From the NCBI GenBank assembly GCA_963749495.1, contig CAVVMW010000014.1, positions 1 to 64,000 on the forward strand: 64,000 bases of DNA. Direction: 5' to 3'. Position 1 is the first letter of the stretch. Every line of letters begins with the position of its first letter. The notes under the pieces are model-generated. The model was not told the origin of the DNA. It worked only from the letters and a program-made list of their open reading frames with translations, and made no database searches. Positions 29,814 to 39,523 of this stretch are shown here, piece by piece. The stretch is from an uncultured bacterium. GTDB taxonomy: Bacteria; Verrucomicrobiota; Verrucomicrobiia; Limisphaerales; UBA8199. Made by a program: the position numbers and the translations under genes.

Positions 29814-32612
29814 TCAAGCGCGGGCGCGGCCCTTGGCGGCCTTCCTGGCGGCGCCGCGCTTCCTGGTTTGAGCGGCGCGCGTTCCGGCCCCTTGCGCTTC
29901 CTCGAGGGCGGCCTGGGCCGCGGCCAACCGGGCCACCGGCACGCGGAAGGGCGAGCAACTCACGTAATTGAGGCCGATGCGATGGCAGAACTTCACGCTG
30001 TCGGGGTCGCCGCCGTGTTCGCCGCAGATGCCCAGCTTGATATCCGGGCGGGTGCTCCGGCCGCGCTCGACGGCGATCTTCATCAACTGGCCGACGCCCG
30101 CCTGGTCAATCGAGGCGAACGGGTTTTTCTTGATGATCTCGGCCTCCTGGTAGGGCGGCAGGATCGGGCCCGCGTCGTCGCGGCTCAGCCCCAGGCAGGT
30201 CTGGGTGAGGTCGTTGGTGCCGAAGCTGAAGAACTGGGCGGTCTGGGCGATCTCATCGGCCGTGAGGGCGCCGCGCGGGATTTCGATCATCGTGCCGACC
30301 AGGTAGGTGAGCTTGACCTGCTGCTCGGCCATGACTTCCTTGGCCACACGATGGACCAACTCGACCTGGAGGTCGAGCTCGCGTTTGAAGCCGACCAGCG
30401 GGATCATGATTTCGGGCTTCACTTTGATGCCCTGTTTCTGGACTTGGGCGGCTGCTTCGAAGATGGCGCGGGACTGCATCTCGGAGATCTCGGGATAGAC
30501 GATGCCCAGGCGGCAGCCGCGGAAACCGAGCATGGGATTGAACTCGTGGAGTTCCTTGACGCGCTGTTGGATCTTCTCGACCGGCACGCCCATTTTGGCG
30601 GCCAGGTCCTGCTGGGCCTTTTGCTCGTGCGGGAGGAACTCGTGGAGCGGCGGGTCCAGGAACCGGATCGTGGCCGGCAGGCCGTTGAGTTCCTTGAACA
30701 TGCCCACGAAGTCCTCCTTCTGGTAGGGCAGGATCTTGGCCAGGGCCTGCTTGCGGTCGTCCTTGGTGTCGGCCAGGATCATCTCGCGCATGGCGTCGAT
30801 GCGGTTGCCCTCGAAGAACATGTGTTCGGTGCGGCAGAGGCCGATGCCGGTGGCGCCGAAGGCCACGGCATTGGCGGTCTGGGCGGGGGTGTCCGCGTTG
30901 GTGCGGACCTGGAGCCGGGTGACCTTCGAGCACCAATCCATGAGCTTGCTGAACATCTGGTAGGTCTGGCCCTCCTTGGGGTCGAGGGTCTTATCGACCA
31001 GCACCTGGACGATTTCAGAAGGGGCGGTTGGGAGTTGGCCGGCATAGACGTTGCCAAGCGTGCCGTTGATGGACATATAGTCGCCTTCCTTATACGTGGT
31101 TCCATCCACCGTGATGGTCCTGGCGGTGTAGTCAATCTGCAGGGCGGACGCGCCGCAAACGCAGACCTTGCCCATCTGGCGGGCAACCAGGGCCGCGTGC
31201 GAACTGACGCCGCCCTTGGCGGTGAGGATGCCCTCGGCGGCGATCATGCCGCGCAGGTCTTCGGGCGAGGTCTCGTTGCGGACCAGCAGGACTTTCTCGC
31301 CGGCGGCGGCGGCGGCGGCGCGCTCGGCATTGAGATAGACCTTGCCGGAACCGGCGCCGGGCCCGGCGGGCAAGCCCTTGGCAATCACCTTGGCCGCCTT
31401 CTCGGCCTTGGCCTCGAAGATCGGGGCCAGGAGTTGATCCAGTTGATCGGCCGGGTTGCGCCGGATGGCCGTCTTCCAATCGATGAGCTTCTCCTGCACC
31501 ATGTCGATGGAGAACTTGAGCGCGGCCATGGCCGTGCGCTTGCCGTTGCGGGTCTGGAGCATGAAGACCTTGCCGTCCTGGATGGTGAACTCGAAGTCCT
31601 GCACGTCTTTGAAGTGCACCTCGAGGGTCTTGCGGATGTTCTCCAGTTCGTCGAAGGCCTCGGGCAGGTGGTTCTTGAGCTGGACCACCGGCTCGGGCGT
31701 GCGAATGCCCGCCACCACGTCTTCACCCTGGGCGTTGATGAGGAATTCGCCGTAGAACTCCCGGGCGCCGTTGGCGGGGTTGCGCGTGAAGGCCACGCCG
31801 GAGCCGGAGCGGTCGCCCGTGTTGCCATAGACCATGGCCTGGACACTGACGGCGGTGCCCCAATCCGAGGGGATGTTGTACTTGCGGCGATAGACGACGG
31901 CACGGTCGTTCATCCAGGAGCCGAACACCGCGCTGATGGCGCCCCAGAGTTGCTTCCAGGGGTCCTGAGGGAATTCCTTGCCGGTCCGCTCCTGGATGAG
32001 GGCCTTGAAGCGAGTCACCAGTTCCTTGAGGTCCACCACGTTGAGCTTGGGGTCCTCGATGTCCTGGTGATACCGCTCCTGCTTCAGGCCGTCAATGACC
32101 ACTTCGAAGGGCTCGTGGTCCTCGCTGGCGCGCTTTTGCACCCCCATCACCACGTCGCCGTACATCTGGATGAAGCGCCGGTAACAATCCCAGGCAAACC
32201 GCTCGTTCTTGGTCGCCTCGACCAGGGCCAGCACAGTCTTGTCGTTGAGGCCCAGGTTGAGGATGGTGTCCATCATGCCCGGCATCGATTCGCGGGCGCC
32301 GGAGCGGACCGAGACCAGCAGCGGCATGGCTGCCGTGTCCCCGAACCGCGTGCCGATGATCTTCTCGATGAAGGCCACGCCGTTCACGACCGCCGGCTCC
32401 AGGTCCTTGGGATAGGTCCTCTTGTTGTTGTAGTAGCAAGTGCAGACCTCGGTGGTGATCGTGAATCCCGGCGGCACCGGCAGCCCGATGCGGCTCATCT
32501 CGGCCAGGTTCGCCCCCTTGCCCCCCAGCAACGGTTTCATGCCCCCGTTGCCGTCGGCCTTCTTGTTTCCAAACAGATAGACGTGCTTCGTGCTCTTCGC
32601 TTTCGTTGCCAT
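29814..32612 (-). CDS. ppdK: Pyruvate, phosphate dikinase
   Basis: [27 protein letters not shown] (catalytic His), GLCRTEHMF and GICGEHGG. Confidence 0.98.
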   Translation of the reverse strand: MATKAKSTKHVYLFGNKKADGNGGMKPLLGGKGANLAEMSRIGLPVPPGFTITTEVCTCYYNNKRTYPKDLEPAVVNGVAFIEKIIGTRFGDTAAMPLLVSVRSGARESMPGMMDTILNLGLNDKTVLALVEATKNERFAWDCYRRFIQMYGDVVMGVQKRASEDHEPFEVVIDGLKQERYHQDIEDPKLNVVDLKELVTRFKALIQERTGKEFPQDPWKQLWGAISAVFGSWMNDRAVVYRRKYNIPSDWGTAVSVQAMVYGNTGDRSGSGVAFTRNPANGAREFYGEFLINAQGEDVVAGIRTPEPVVQLKNHLPEAFDELENIRKTLEVHFKDVQDFEFTIQDGKVFMLQTRNGKRTAMAALKFSIDMVQEKLIDWKTAIRRNPADQLDQLLAPIFEAKAEKAAKVIAKGLPAGPGAGSGKVYLNAERAAAAAAGEKVLLVRNETSPEDLRGMIAAEGILTAKGGVSSHAALVARQMGKVCVCGASALQIDYTARTITVDGTTYKEGDYMSINGTLGNVYAGQLPTAPSEIVQVLVDKTLDPKEGQTYQMFSKLMDWCSKVTRLQVRTNADTPAQTANAVAFGATGIGLCRTEHMFFEGNRIDAMREMILADTKDDRKQALAKILPYQKEDFVGMFKELNGLPATIRFLDPPLHEFLPHEQKAQQDLAAKMGVPVEKIQQRVKELHEFNPMLGFRGCRLGIVYPEISEMQSRAIFEAAAQVQKQGIKVKPEIMIPLVGFKRELDLQVELVHRVAKEVMAEQQVKLTYLVGTMIEIPRGALTADEIAQTAQFFSFGTNDLTQTCLGLSRDDAGPILPPYQEAEIIKKNPFASIDQAGVGQLMKIAVERGRSTRPDIKLGICGEHGGDPDSVKFCHRIGLNYVSCSPFRVPVARLAAAQAALEEAQGAGTRAAQTRKRGAARKAAKGRARA

Positions 32613-32789
32613 ATCAATAATATTTCATTAAATCAGGTTTCGCCGGATATCAGGTCCTCAGAAACAGTCCGCCGAATCTATCAAACGCCGCCCCGCTGTC
32701 AACGAGCGAGTGAAAGAGACGGCGCCTTCGTCCTGCCAGTCGGGCCGAAAGGAGTTGCGGCCACCGGGCGTTGGAGTTACGCTCTGGCC

Positions 32790-33014
32790 GTGGTCAACCT
32801 TGAAGAGACGATCGGCAAAATGGTGGGGAAAAACCCGCGTCGCACGCCCGCGGAGTTTATGGACCGCATGGCCCGGCAGCTCCAGAGCCTGAATCTGACG
32901 CTGCCTTATCCCAAAGGCGTGTATCGCTTCAAGACGTTCGAGGAAGCCGACGCATGGGCGCAGAAACACCGGATCGCGGCGGCGGTCAAGCGCCTCCACG
33001 ACCACCAACACTGA
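32790..33014 (+). CDS. Small hypothetical partner of the downstream nucleotidyltransferase (antitoxin-like)
   Basis: GTG start; PKGVYRFKTFEEADAW; overlaps the NTase gene. Confidence 0.6.
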   Translation: MVNLEETIGKMVGKNPRRTPAEFMDRMARQLQSLNLTLPYPKGVYRFKTFEEADAWAQKHRIAAAVKRLHDHQH

Positions 33015-33556
33015 AGGACTTGGCGCTGCTTTGCGCCGAACTCAACCGCCTGGGCGCCCGCTATGTAGTCGTTGGCGGGCTGGCGATGATCCAGGCTGGT
33101 CTTTTCCGCACTACGGAGGACATCGATCTGCTCGTCGAGGCTACCCTGGAAAACGAGGCGCGCGTCCTGCAGGCCCTGCTCATCCTCCCGGACAAGGCCG
33201 CTCGGGAACTCAAGCCGGGGGAAGTGGCCCAATACGGCGTGGTGCGCGTGGGCGATGAGGTCCTGGTGGACCTGATGGCCAGCGGCTGCGGTGTGACTTA
33301 CGATGACGCCATTAAGGACGCCTTGGTCCTCGACGTTGAGGGCGCCCGGATACCGTTTGCCTCCCCGCGCACGCTCTGGCGGATGAAACAGACCGTCCGC
33401 GCTAAGGACATCCCGGACCGCCTTTATCTTCGGGAGTTGCTCCAGGCCCAAGGTGTCCAGGTCGAGCCGACCACCCTGCCGGCAGGCGAGAATCTCTGGA
33501 CGACCTGGTGGCGCCGGATCAAGGCATTTCGAGCCAGGCTCCGGCGGCGCTCGTGA
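32954..33556 (+). CDS. Nucleotidyltransferase-fold protein (DUF6036/AbiEii-like)
   Basis: YVVVGGLAM...RTTEDIDLLV and K.T.R.KD..D motifs. Confidence 0.8.
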   Translation: MGAETPDRGGGQAPPRPPTLKDLALLCAELNRLGARYVVVGGLAMIQAGLFRTTEDIDLLVEATLENEARVLQALLILPDKAARELKPGEVAQYGVVRVGDEVLVDLMASGCGVTYDDAIKDALVLDVEGARIPFASPRTLWRMKQTVRAKDIPDRLYLRELLQAQGVQVEPTTLPAGENLWTTWWRRIKAFRARLRRRS

Positions 33557-33654
33557 GCACCGGATGCTGCCCCCGCCGCAACGGGCGCAGCTGGCCTGTA
33601 CCACCACAGGCACAGCAGTTGGAGACGCAACCCAAGGCTGCGCGCATGCGCTGC

Positions 33655-33880
33655 AACCCGGAGGGTTGCTAGAGGGTAACCGGGGGTCGCGACGCCGTCG
33701 CGACCCCCGGTTGACAATCTGAAGGGTCCTGCACCCCGGAACGGGGTGCCAGAAGACCGCGCGGCGTGCGGTGCGCCCGTTTCTGGCATCCCTCCGGGAT
33801 GCAGGTGCATCCCTGCGCCAGACCGGGGGTCTCGCTTCGCTTCCACCCCCGGCTACCATCTTCCATCCCTCCGGGATGAA
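33655..33880. repeat. REP cluster, family B
   Basis: Same palindromes as 19226-19447, in reverse orientation and diverged. Confidence 0.85.
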
Positions 33881-34021
33881 ACTGCTGGCCCAGAGCCCTG
33901 TCAGGAATTCCTATTCGTGGGGTGGTACATTGCAGATGCGCCCCGCCCCAGAGCCGCGTCGCCATTTCGGGCGTGATAAACGACATAGCCTTGAGCTATA
34001 TTAACCCCGGCACAAAAGCAC

Positions 34022-34264
34022 ATGAACGAACCCAAGATTGCCCAACGGGCGCCCTATCCCGTCAGCCTGGAAGCCGGCAAGACCTACCACTGGTGCGCCT
34101 GCGGACGAAGCAACCAGCAACCCTTTTGCGACGGTTCGCACAAAGGCACAGGTTTCAATCCGCTGAGTTACACACCTGAATCCTCTGGCCAGGCCTGGCT
34201 GTGCGGCTGCAAGCGGACGCGGAGCGCGCCCAACTGCGACGGCAGCCATTCCCGTTTGTCCTGA
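34022..34264 (+). CDS. CDGSH iron-sulfur domain protein (two CDGSH motifs, MiNT-like)
   Basis: WCACGRS..QPFCDGSH and LCGCKRT..APNCDGSH. Confidence 0.95.
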   Translation: MNEPKIAQRAPYPVSLEAGKTYHWCACGRSNQQPFCDGSHKGTGFNPLSYTPESSGQAWLCGCKRTRSAPNCDGSHSRLS

Positions 34265-34349
34265 TGGACTTGAGCCGGGAGCAATTGCGGCAACAGGCCG
34301 CCGCGCCAGCATGCTGAAAGGCTAAAGTGCAGAAGGCTGAATCTGGCCT

Positions 34350-35904
34350 TTAGCCTTTAGCCTTTCCCAGACACTCCCTGCACAGTCCCGCGAGCCACCC
34401 GGGGTCGGCAGGGCAGACGGAACGGCTTTCGCCCGGATGGCGCCTGGCCGGGTCAGGGCAGGTCTTCTTGAGGGCGGCGACGATCTCGTGCTTCTCGTAA
34501 CAGCAGTGCTCCCAGCACAGGGCCATCCCCCAGCCGGCGCATTGCGGGCAGAGTTTGTTCTGGCACTTGGCGCACTGCTTGAGCGGCGTGCCCGGGCCCA
34601 ATGTGTGTCCTGCCGAACACCCCTCCGGCGAGTAGTGGTCGGCGCACAGGCGCAACGCGTAACCTGGGTCGCGCGGCGAGACGGTCTTGCCGCAGGGCGC
34701 ATCGCCGACAATGGCCTCGCAAACCGGCGCATGGACTTCCGCCACCCTCTGACCGCTGCCGGACACCAGCGCCACAGAGGGATCGCCATAGAGCGTCAGG
34801 GCCAGCCCCAGAACCGTGCCGCCGTCGGCCGCGGCCCGAGCGTCCTGGCGCAATGAGACCCGCGCCTGGCGCAGGGCCTCGCCGATGGTGTGGCCGGCGG
34901 CCAGCGCGCCGTAGAACGTTCGGGAAGAGACCGATCGTCTTGAGCGCCGGGACCTCGACCAACGTCCCGATGTAATGAGCCACGCCGATACGCTTGGCGG
35001 CATCGACGATGCCGAAGACCCGCCCGCCTTCGGGCCAGTCCTGTTCCCAGCCGCGAGTGATGGCCGATTCGCAGCAGAGGGAAAAGACCAGCAGCGGCGG
35101 GGCCTGCCCGGCGGCGAAGCCCTCGAGCAATTGCTGCGCCGTGACCGTGCATCGCGTGGAGAGCGCGTAGCCGCTCTGCGCCGGCTCCGCCTCGCAATAA
35201 GAGTAGTGGGAATAGACGTTGACGATTTCCCGGGTTTGAAAGGCCTCGAGGGCCTCCTGGACGCTGAACTTCCCGTCGAGATTCAGGGTGTCGAATCGGA
35301 TCGTCCCCAGCCTGCCCAACTGGGTCCAGCGCGCGAAAAAGTCCATCGCCTGCCCGAGGACCTCCGAGCGTTGCGCGTCATTGAGTCCGGGTGGAGGAAC
35401 CAGGAGGAACCGCCCGGTGAACGGAAGGCCGGCCCGCCCCTTGAGGCGCTGCAAAGCCGCCGGGTCCGAGGAGAGCAATTCCCTTCCCACCGCGAAGCGA
35501 AAGCCCAAAAAGTCGCCGTCCAGCCACATCCAGTCGAACGGAATGCCGTTGAGCCGAGGATCGAAACTGAAGATCAAATGGCTGAGCCTGGCGCCGTTTC
35601 GCAACAGGTCGAGGATCTCTGCGGGAACCAGCAGCTCGAGGAGCTGGCAGCCCAGCCGCTGCAAGTCGCCATAAAAACCCGCCGCCGAGCGCAGGTCCAC
35701 CTCCGGCCCCATGGCCTCTACCGCGCTGCGAACGCGCGCAAACAAAGCGTCGGCAACCTCCAGCGCCTGGGCCAACGCGCAGAGGCGCGGCTGCGCCTTG
35801 CGGAAAAAAAGCCGCCCGTCGTTGAGCCGCAGAATCGGAACCAGCCCGATTCGCTCAACGCCCTCGTGCTGCTCGATCGAGTAATGGAGAACCAAAGTGT
35901 TCAT
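34350..35904 (-). CDS. CHAT-domain (caspase-like) protease with Cys/His-rich C-terminal region; +1 frameshift near 34923
   Basis: LNGIPFDWM, VNVYSH (His), LVFSLCCES (Cys) and YIGTL are in ORF 34453..35967. FYGALAAGHTIGEALRQAR...LYGDP and the Cys-rich tail are in the ORF ending 34350. Removing one C from TTCCCGA gives LFRTFY. Confidence 0.8.
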
Positions 35905-36650
35905 GCCAGCCCGATGCGGATTGCCTCCGAACCGGGCACCTCGATCTCCAGCAGCCCCGCCGGGCATCGTTGGAACTGGGCCACACCGCGCTCGATGGGA
36001 GCGATGGCAACCGGGACTCGCGTGACCCGCCCGCCTTGGCCGCTAATCCGCGATAGCCTGGCAGTCCCGGCGCCGACGCCGCCCGGCGCTGCGACCAGGA
36101 TGTCAATCCTCTGCTGGCTAACCATCACCAGCGTTATCCGGGTGCCGCACGGGGCCTCGAGCTCCTGGCGGCGCAGCCCGTTCTGTGGGCCGGCGGCCGT
36201 CTCCATCGGGTTGCCGGCCTTGAGATTGAGCGGCCGCCCGGCGGCCGCCGAGACGCTCCAGCCGCTGCGCTGCGCGGCGGCGTGGAGGCCGCCGCGCAGA
36301 CACACCACGATAGCGGCCAGCCCGGCCTCCAACTCTGCCCGGCATTGTTCGAGACCTTCGAAGAGCCTGCGCCTGGCAGATGCCATGGCCTGGCCAACCT
36401 GCAAATCGGCCCGGCCCGCCGCCTGGCGTCTGGCGCCCGCCATCGAGGGGCTCGCCCGGGCCGCCACGGCGTCAAAGCACCGCCGCGCCTCCTCCAGGGG
36501 TGCCCGGGCCTGCGGATGGTCCGCAATATAGGATGCCAGTGCGGCCTCTTCGCCCGGTTCCAGCAGGCCGGCCGCGCTGGCCCACAGCCACCGCTCCAGC
36601 TCAGCCGGTGTTAAATCGGCGCGCCCGAGTCCTTTCATGTCTTCAGCCAT
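35901..36650 (-). CDS. Putative anti-sigma-like protein (helical N-terminus, beta-rich C-terminus)
   Basis: LWASAAGLLEPGEEAALASYIADHPQARAPL resembles zf-HC2/ASD spacing without Zn ligands. ATGA overlap with the CHAT gene; GGGAG RBS. Confidence 0.6.
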   Translation of the reverse strand: MAEDMKGLGRADLTPAELERWLWASAAGLLEPGEEAALASYIADHPQARAPLEEARRCFDAVAARASPSMAGARRQAAGRADLQVGQAMASARRRLFEGLEQCRAELEAGLAAIVVCLRGGLHAAAQRSGWSVSAAAGRPLNLKAGNPMETAAGPQNGLRRQELEAPCGTRITLVMVSQQRIDILVAAPGGVGAGTARLSRISGQGGRVTRVPVAIAPIERGVAQFQRCPAGLLEIEVPGSEAIRIGLA

Positions 36651-36693
36651 AGTCTGCTCCCGTCTTATCTCATTTACCTGAAACCAGGATTAT

Positions 36694-38089
36694 CTATTCA
36701 CTGTCGGGCTGGGCGAAATCGGCGGCTGCCTCGCCGGGGAACCGGCGCAGCTCACGCCTCAGCTCGGCCAACTCGCGGCCGATGGTCCCCTGCGGCGTCC
36801 CAAGGAGTTGGGCCAGTTCTCGCTGCGACCTGACCCATGGCTTGCGGCAATGCTGGTAGGCCCCAATCCGCCAAAGCCATTGCTCGTAGGATTTCTGCGC
36901 CTCTGCGCGCCGCTTCCACGCCAGCATGAACTCCACCTGGCAAACCCACAGCTCTTCCTTGTCCGGATCCGATGCCTGGATTTCCTCCTCCAGCTCGCCG
37001 ATGAGGGATTTCCGCGCGATCAGTTCCAGCTCGACCAGCGCGTCGGGGGTGAGTCCGAACCGGCGCCGCAGCTCCTCGGCCTTGGCGGGCACGCGCGCCG
37101 CCGCCAGCCTCAACCTGGCGCCCGCCTCCAGGAACCGTTCCTGGACAGCCATGAGTTGCCCTTGCGCCTCGAGGTATGCCTTGCGCAACGCAGCCCTGCC
37201 CCCTGACACCAGCGCCATGAACCCGGCCGGAATGACCTCGGGCTCCACATAGGCCTTGTAGATCAAGTAGAGCAGCAGTTGTTTGCGGCCGCTGACGCCC
37301 CGGGCCTCGAGCCACGCGAACAGGTCCTTGAGCCGCCCTCTGGCCCGGGCGAGGCGCTCTCCGGTCTCTTCTGCGGAAAGGGCGGCATGGAACGGCGACA
37401 CGGCGTTCGCATCCTCCAGCACCTCGGCCAGCGACAGACTCGGGGGCGCTCCCCTGCCCTTGACCGAAATCGTCCCCGGCCAGCGGGACCTTGGGCGGTT
37501 CCTCGCGCGCGTGCTGCGCGACGCGGTCCTGCGCCAGCCAGAAGGCCTTGCGCAGCAGATACCGTTCGAAGGTCATCCCCCGCGCCGGCCGGTACGAGCC
37601 AGCCAGGCTCCCAAATTCCTCCTCCGAGAACAGCCGGGCCTGCACGTCATCCTTAAGCTGGTCCAACGCCGCATCCCCGGGCCCGGACATCCCGCGCCCC
37701 TCCAGGGACACCTCGATGTAAAGCCGTATCGAGCGCGCCGTCTGGCGCCGGAACTCCTCGCGGATGGCCGCGCGCCTGTGCCGGCCCGCGCGGCTGTGGC
37801 GGTATTCGGCCACCAACTCACAGTCCAGCACGTAGGACCGCCCCGGCACCGACTCGGCGAGCGCCGCCGCCCGGTCCTCCGCAGCGCCACCGGCCCCGTC
37901 CCCCGCACCGCCATCCTCCAACGACAACTCGCCCCGCCCGAGCTGTATCAGGGCCAATTCTGCCACCTCCCCCGGTTCCGCAAAACGCAGGCGCTGCGCC
38001 AGGACAGACGGCAGCCGCGCGCGGAGCGCGTCCAAAAGATGGTGCTGAACTCTCCCGCCCGGGTCTCGCGGCTCACGAGCATTGGCCAT
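36694..38089 (-). CDS. Atypical sigma-70/ECF-like factor (about 464 aa); +1 frameshift in the C5 run at 37442-37446
   Basis: Region-2-like DDVQARLF...SYRPARGMTFERYL...AQDRV, linker SLAEVLED...SP, and region-4 HTH SQRELAQLLGTPQGTIGRELAELRRELR. Confidence 0.7.
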
Positions 38090-38199
38090 AGACGCGATTT
38101 ATTCCCACCCAAGCTAGTGTGGCCGGGCCCAATTGGCGATACAATTGTTCAGCAGCGCAGGCGGACAGCGGGCGCAGCCCGACGGTGCATCCGATTTGC

Positions 38200-38495
38200 C
38201 GCGTAGCGACACCTGAAGGTAGGTGGACCTCGGTCCACGGGTTGGGCTGTTGGTAGGATAGCGCGTCGCGTAGCGACGCCTGAAAGCAGGGTGCGAGCCG
38301 GCAGTCCGGAGGCATCAGGCGTCGCTACGCGAACGCCGGCCCTTGCCCACGCACCAACCCGTGGACTGGAAGTCCACGGCTACCATCGGCCACCGCTACG
38401 CGGTGACACGCAACCGCCGTCTAAAAGCAGCCGTCGCTGCCGCGCCCGGGGACGGGCGCACTCCGGGAGCGGTGCCGCGAGCGCCCTAGGGACAG
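38200..38495. repeat. REP cluster, family A; 38262-38492 is a close copy of 19613-19843
   Basis: Aligned by eye, including linkers. Confidence 0.88.
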
Positions 38496-38582
38496 AGCAT
38501 CCCTTAAGTCCCTTCGGATGCCCCCGGCCTGTGAACGCCCGCACGCTTGCCGGCGTGAGGGGATCTGATAGACTGACTCATA

Positions 38583-39085
38583 ATGGAACGGACGCTGCAG
38601 GTCTTGAACGACCTCGAGAAACCGGCGTGCTCAGCCGCTATGCCATTGGCGGGGCGATGGGCGCCACGTTCTACGCGGAGCCGGTGCTGACGTTTGACCT
38701 CGACGTGTTTGTGGGTCTGCCTCGCACCCCTGGCGGTCTGTTGACTCTAGGGCCTCTTTACGATGCCTTGCGCGCGCGAGGCTACGCCGAAGAAGGCGAG
38801 TGCGTGAACATCGAGGGCCTGCCTGTCCAGTTCCTGCCTGCTTACAACGCGCTGGTGGCAGAGGGCCTGAGCGAGGCGAGAGAAACGCTTTACGAGCGGA
38901 CGCCCGCCCGGGTGCTCCGCGCCGAGCACCTGCTGGCCATCGCGCTTCAGACAGGCCGGGACAAGGACCGGGAGCGTGTCCGCTTGCTTGCGCGCCAGGC
39001 TGAACTGGATTCGAATTACCTGGCCGCGGTGCTCAGGCGCCACGGCCTTGAAGAGAAATGGAAATTGTGGAAACCGAAGCCCTAA
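38583..39085 (+). CDS. Nucleotidyltransferase-fold protein; -1 frameshift near 38620
   Basis: MERTLQVLNDLE then, in the shifted frame, TGVLSRYAIGGAMG...TFDLDVFV and GRDKDRER. One extra A joins the two. Confidence 0.75.
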
Positions 39086-39309
39086 ATTCTGAGGTGGCTC
39101 GAGTGCTGGCCGCCAAAGAGGCCCGCCGCCGGAAGCTGGCCGCGCTGCCCTTTCCAGAAAAGGTGCGCGTCGTGGTCCGCCTCCAGCAAATGGCCATCCC
39201 GATCCTCCGCGCGCGCGGACGCAACGTCCGCGCCTGGGAACTCGAAGCACCGCCAGCGAGCGCGCCGGGCGCACGACCGGTTTCTTCGACCGGCCATCCT
39301 GCCGCCTAA
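39058..39309 (+). CDS. Small basic helical partner protein (antitoxin-like)
   Basis: KEARRRKLAALPFPEKVRVVVRLQ; overlaps the NTase 3' end. Confidence 0.6.
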   Translation: MEIVETEALNSEVARVLAAKEARRRKLAALPFPEKVRVVVRLQQMAIPILRARGRNVRAWELEAPPASAPGARPVSSTGHPAA

Positions 39310-39523
39310 AGGCGGCGTTCCGGTTGGCTGTGGAACGCCGCCTTCAGGCGGCAGCGAAGCATCCTCTCGTGCGCCCGCGCGCTCCAGGTTGGCAAAAGTT
39401 GTTGAACGGCGCCCGGGACGTTGTACCATAGAGCGATCTCGGGACGGATTGATTTGTCTTTGGGGAACCGGTCCAGGCCCGTCCTCGGAACTGAACGGCA
39501 CGACACTGCTCTGAACGCGAACA

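Noticed and set aside
29430..33014. 1194-aa plus-strand ORF
   Set aside because: Antisense shadow of ppdK plus REP sequence; only the last about 74 codons look like a real gene.
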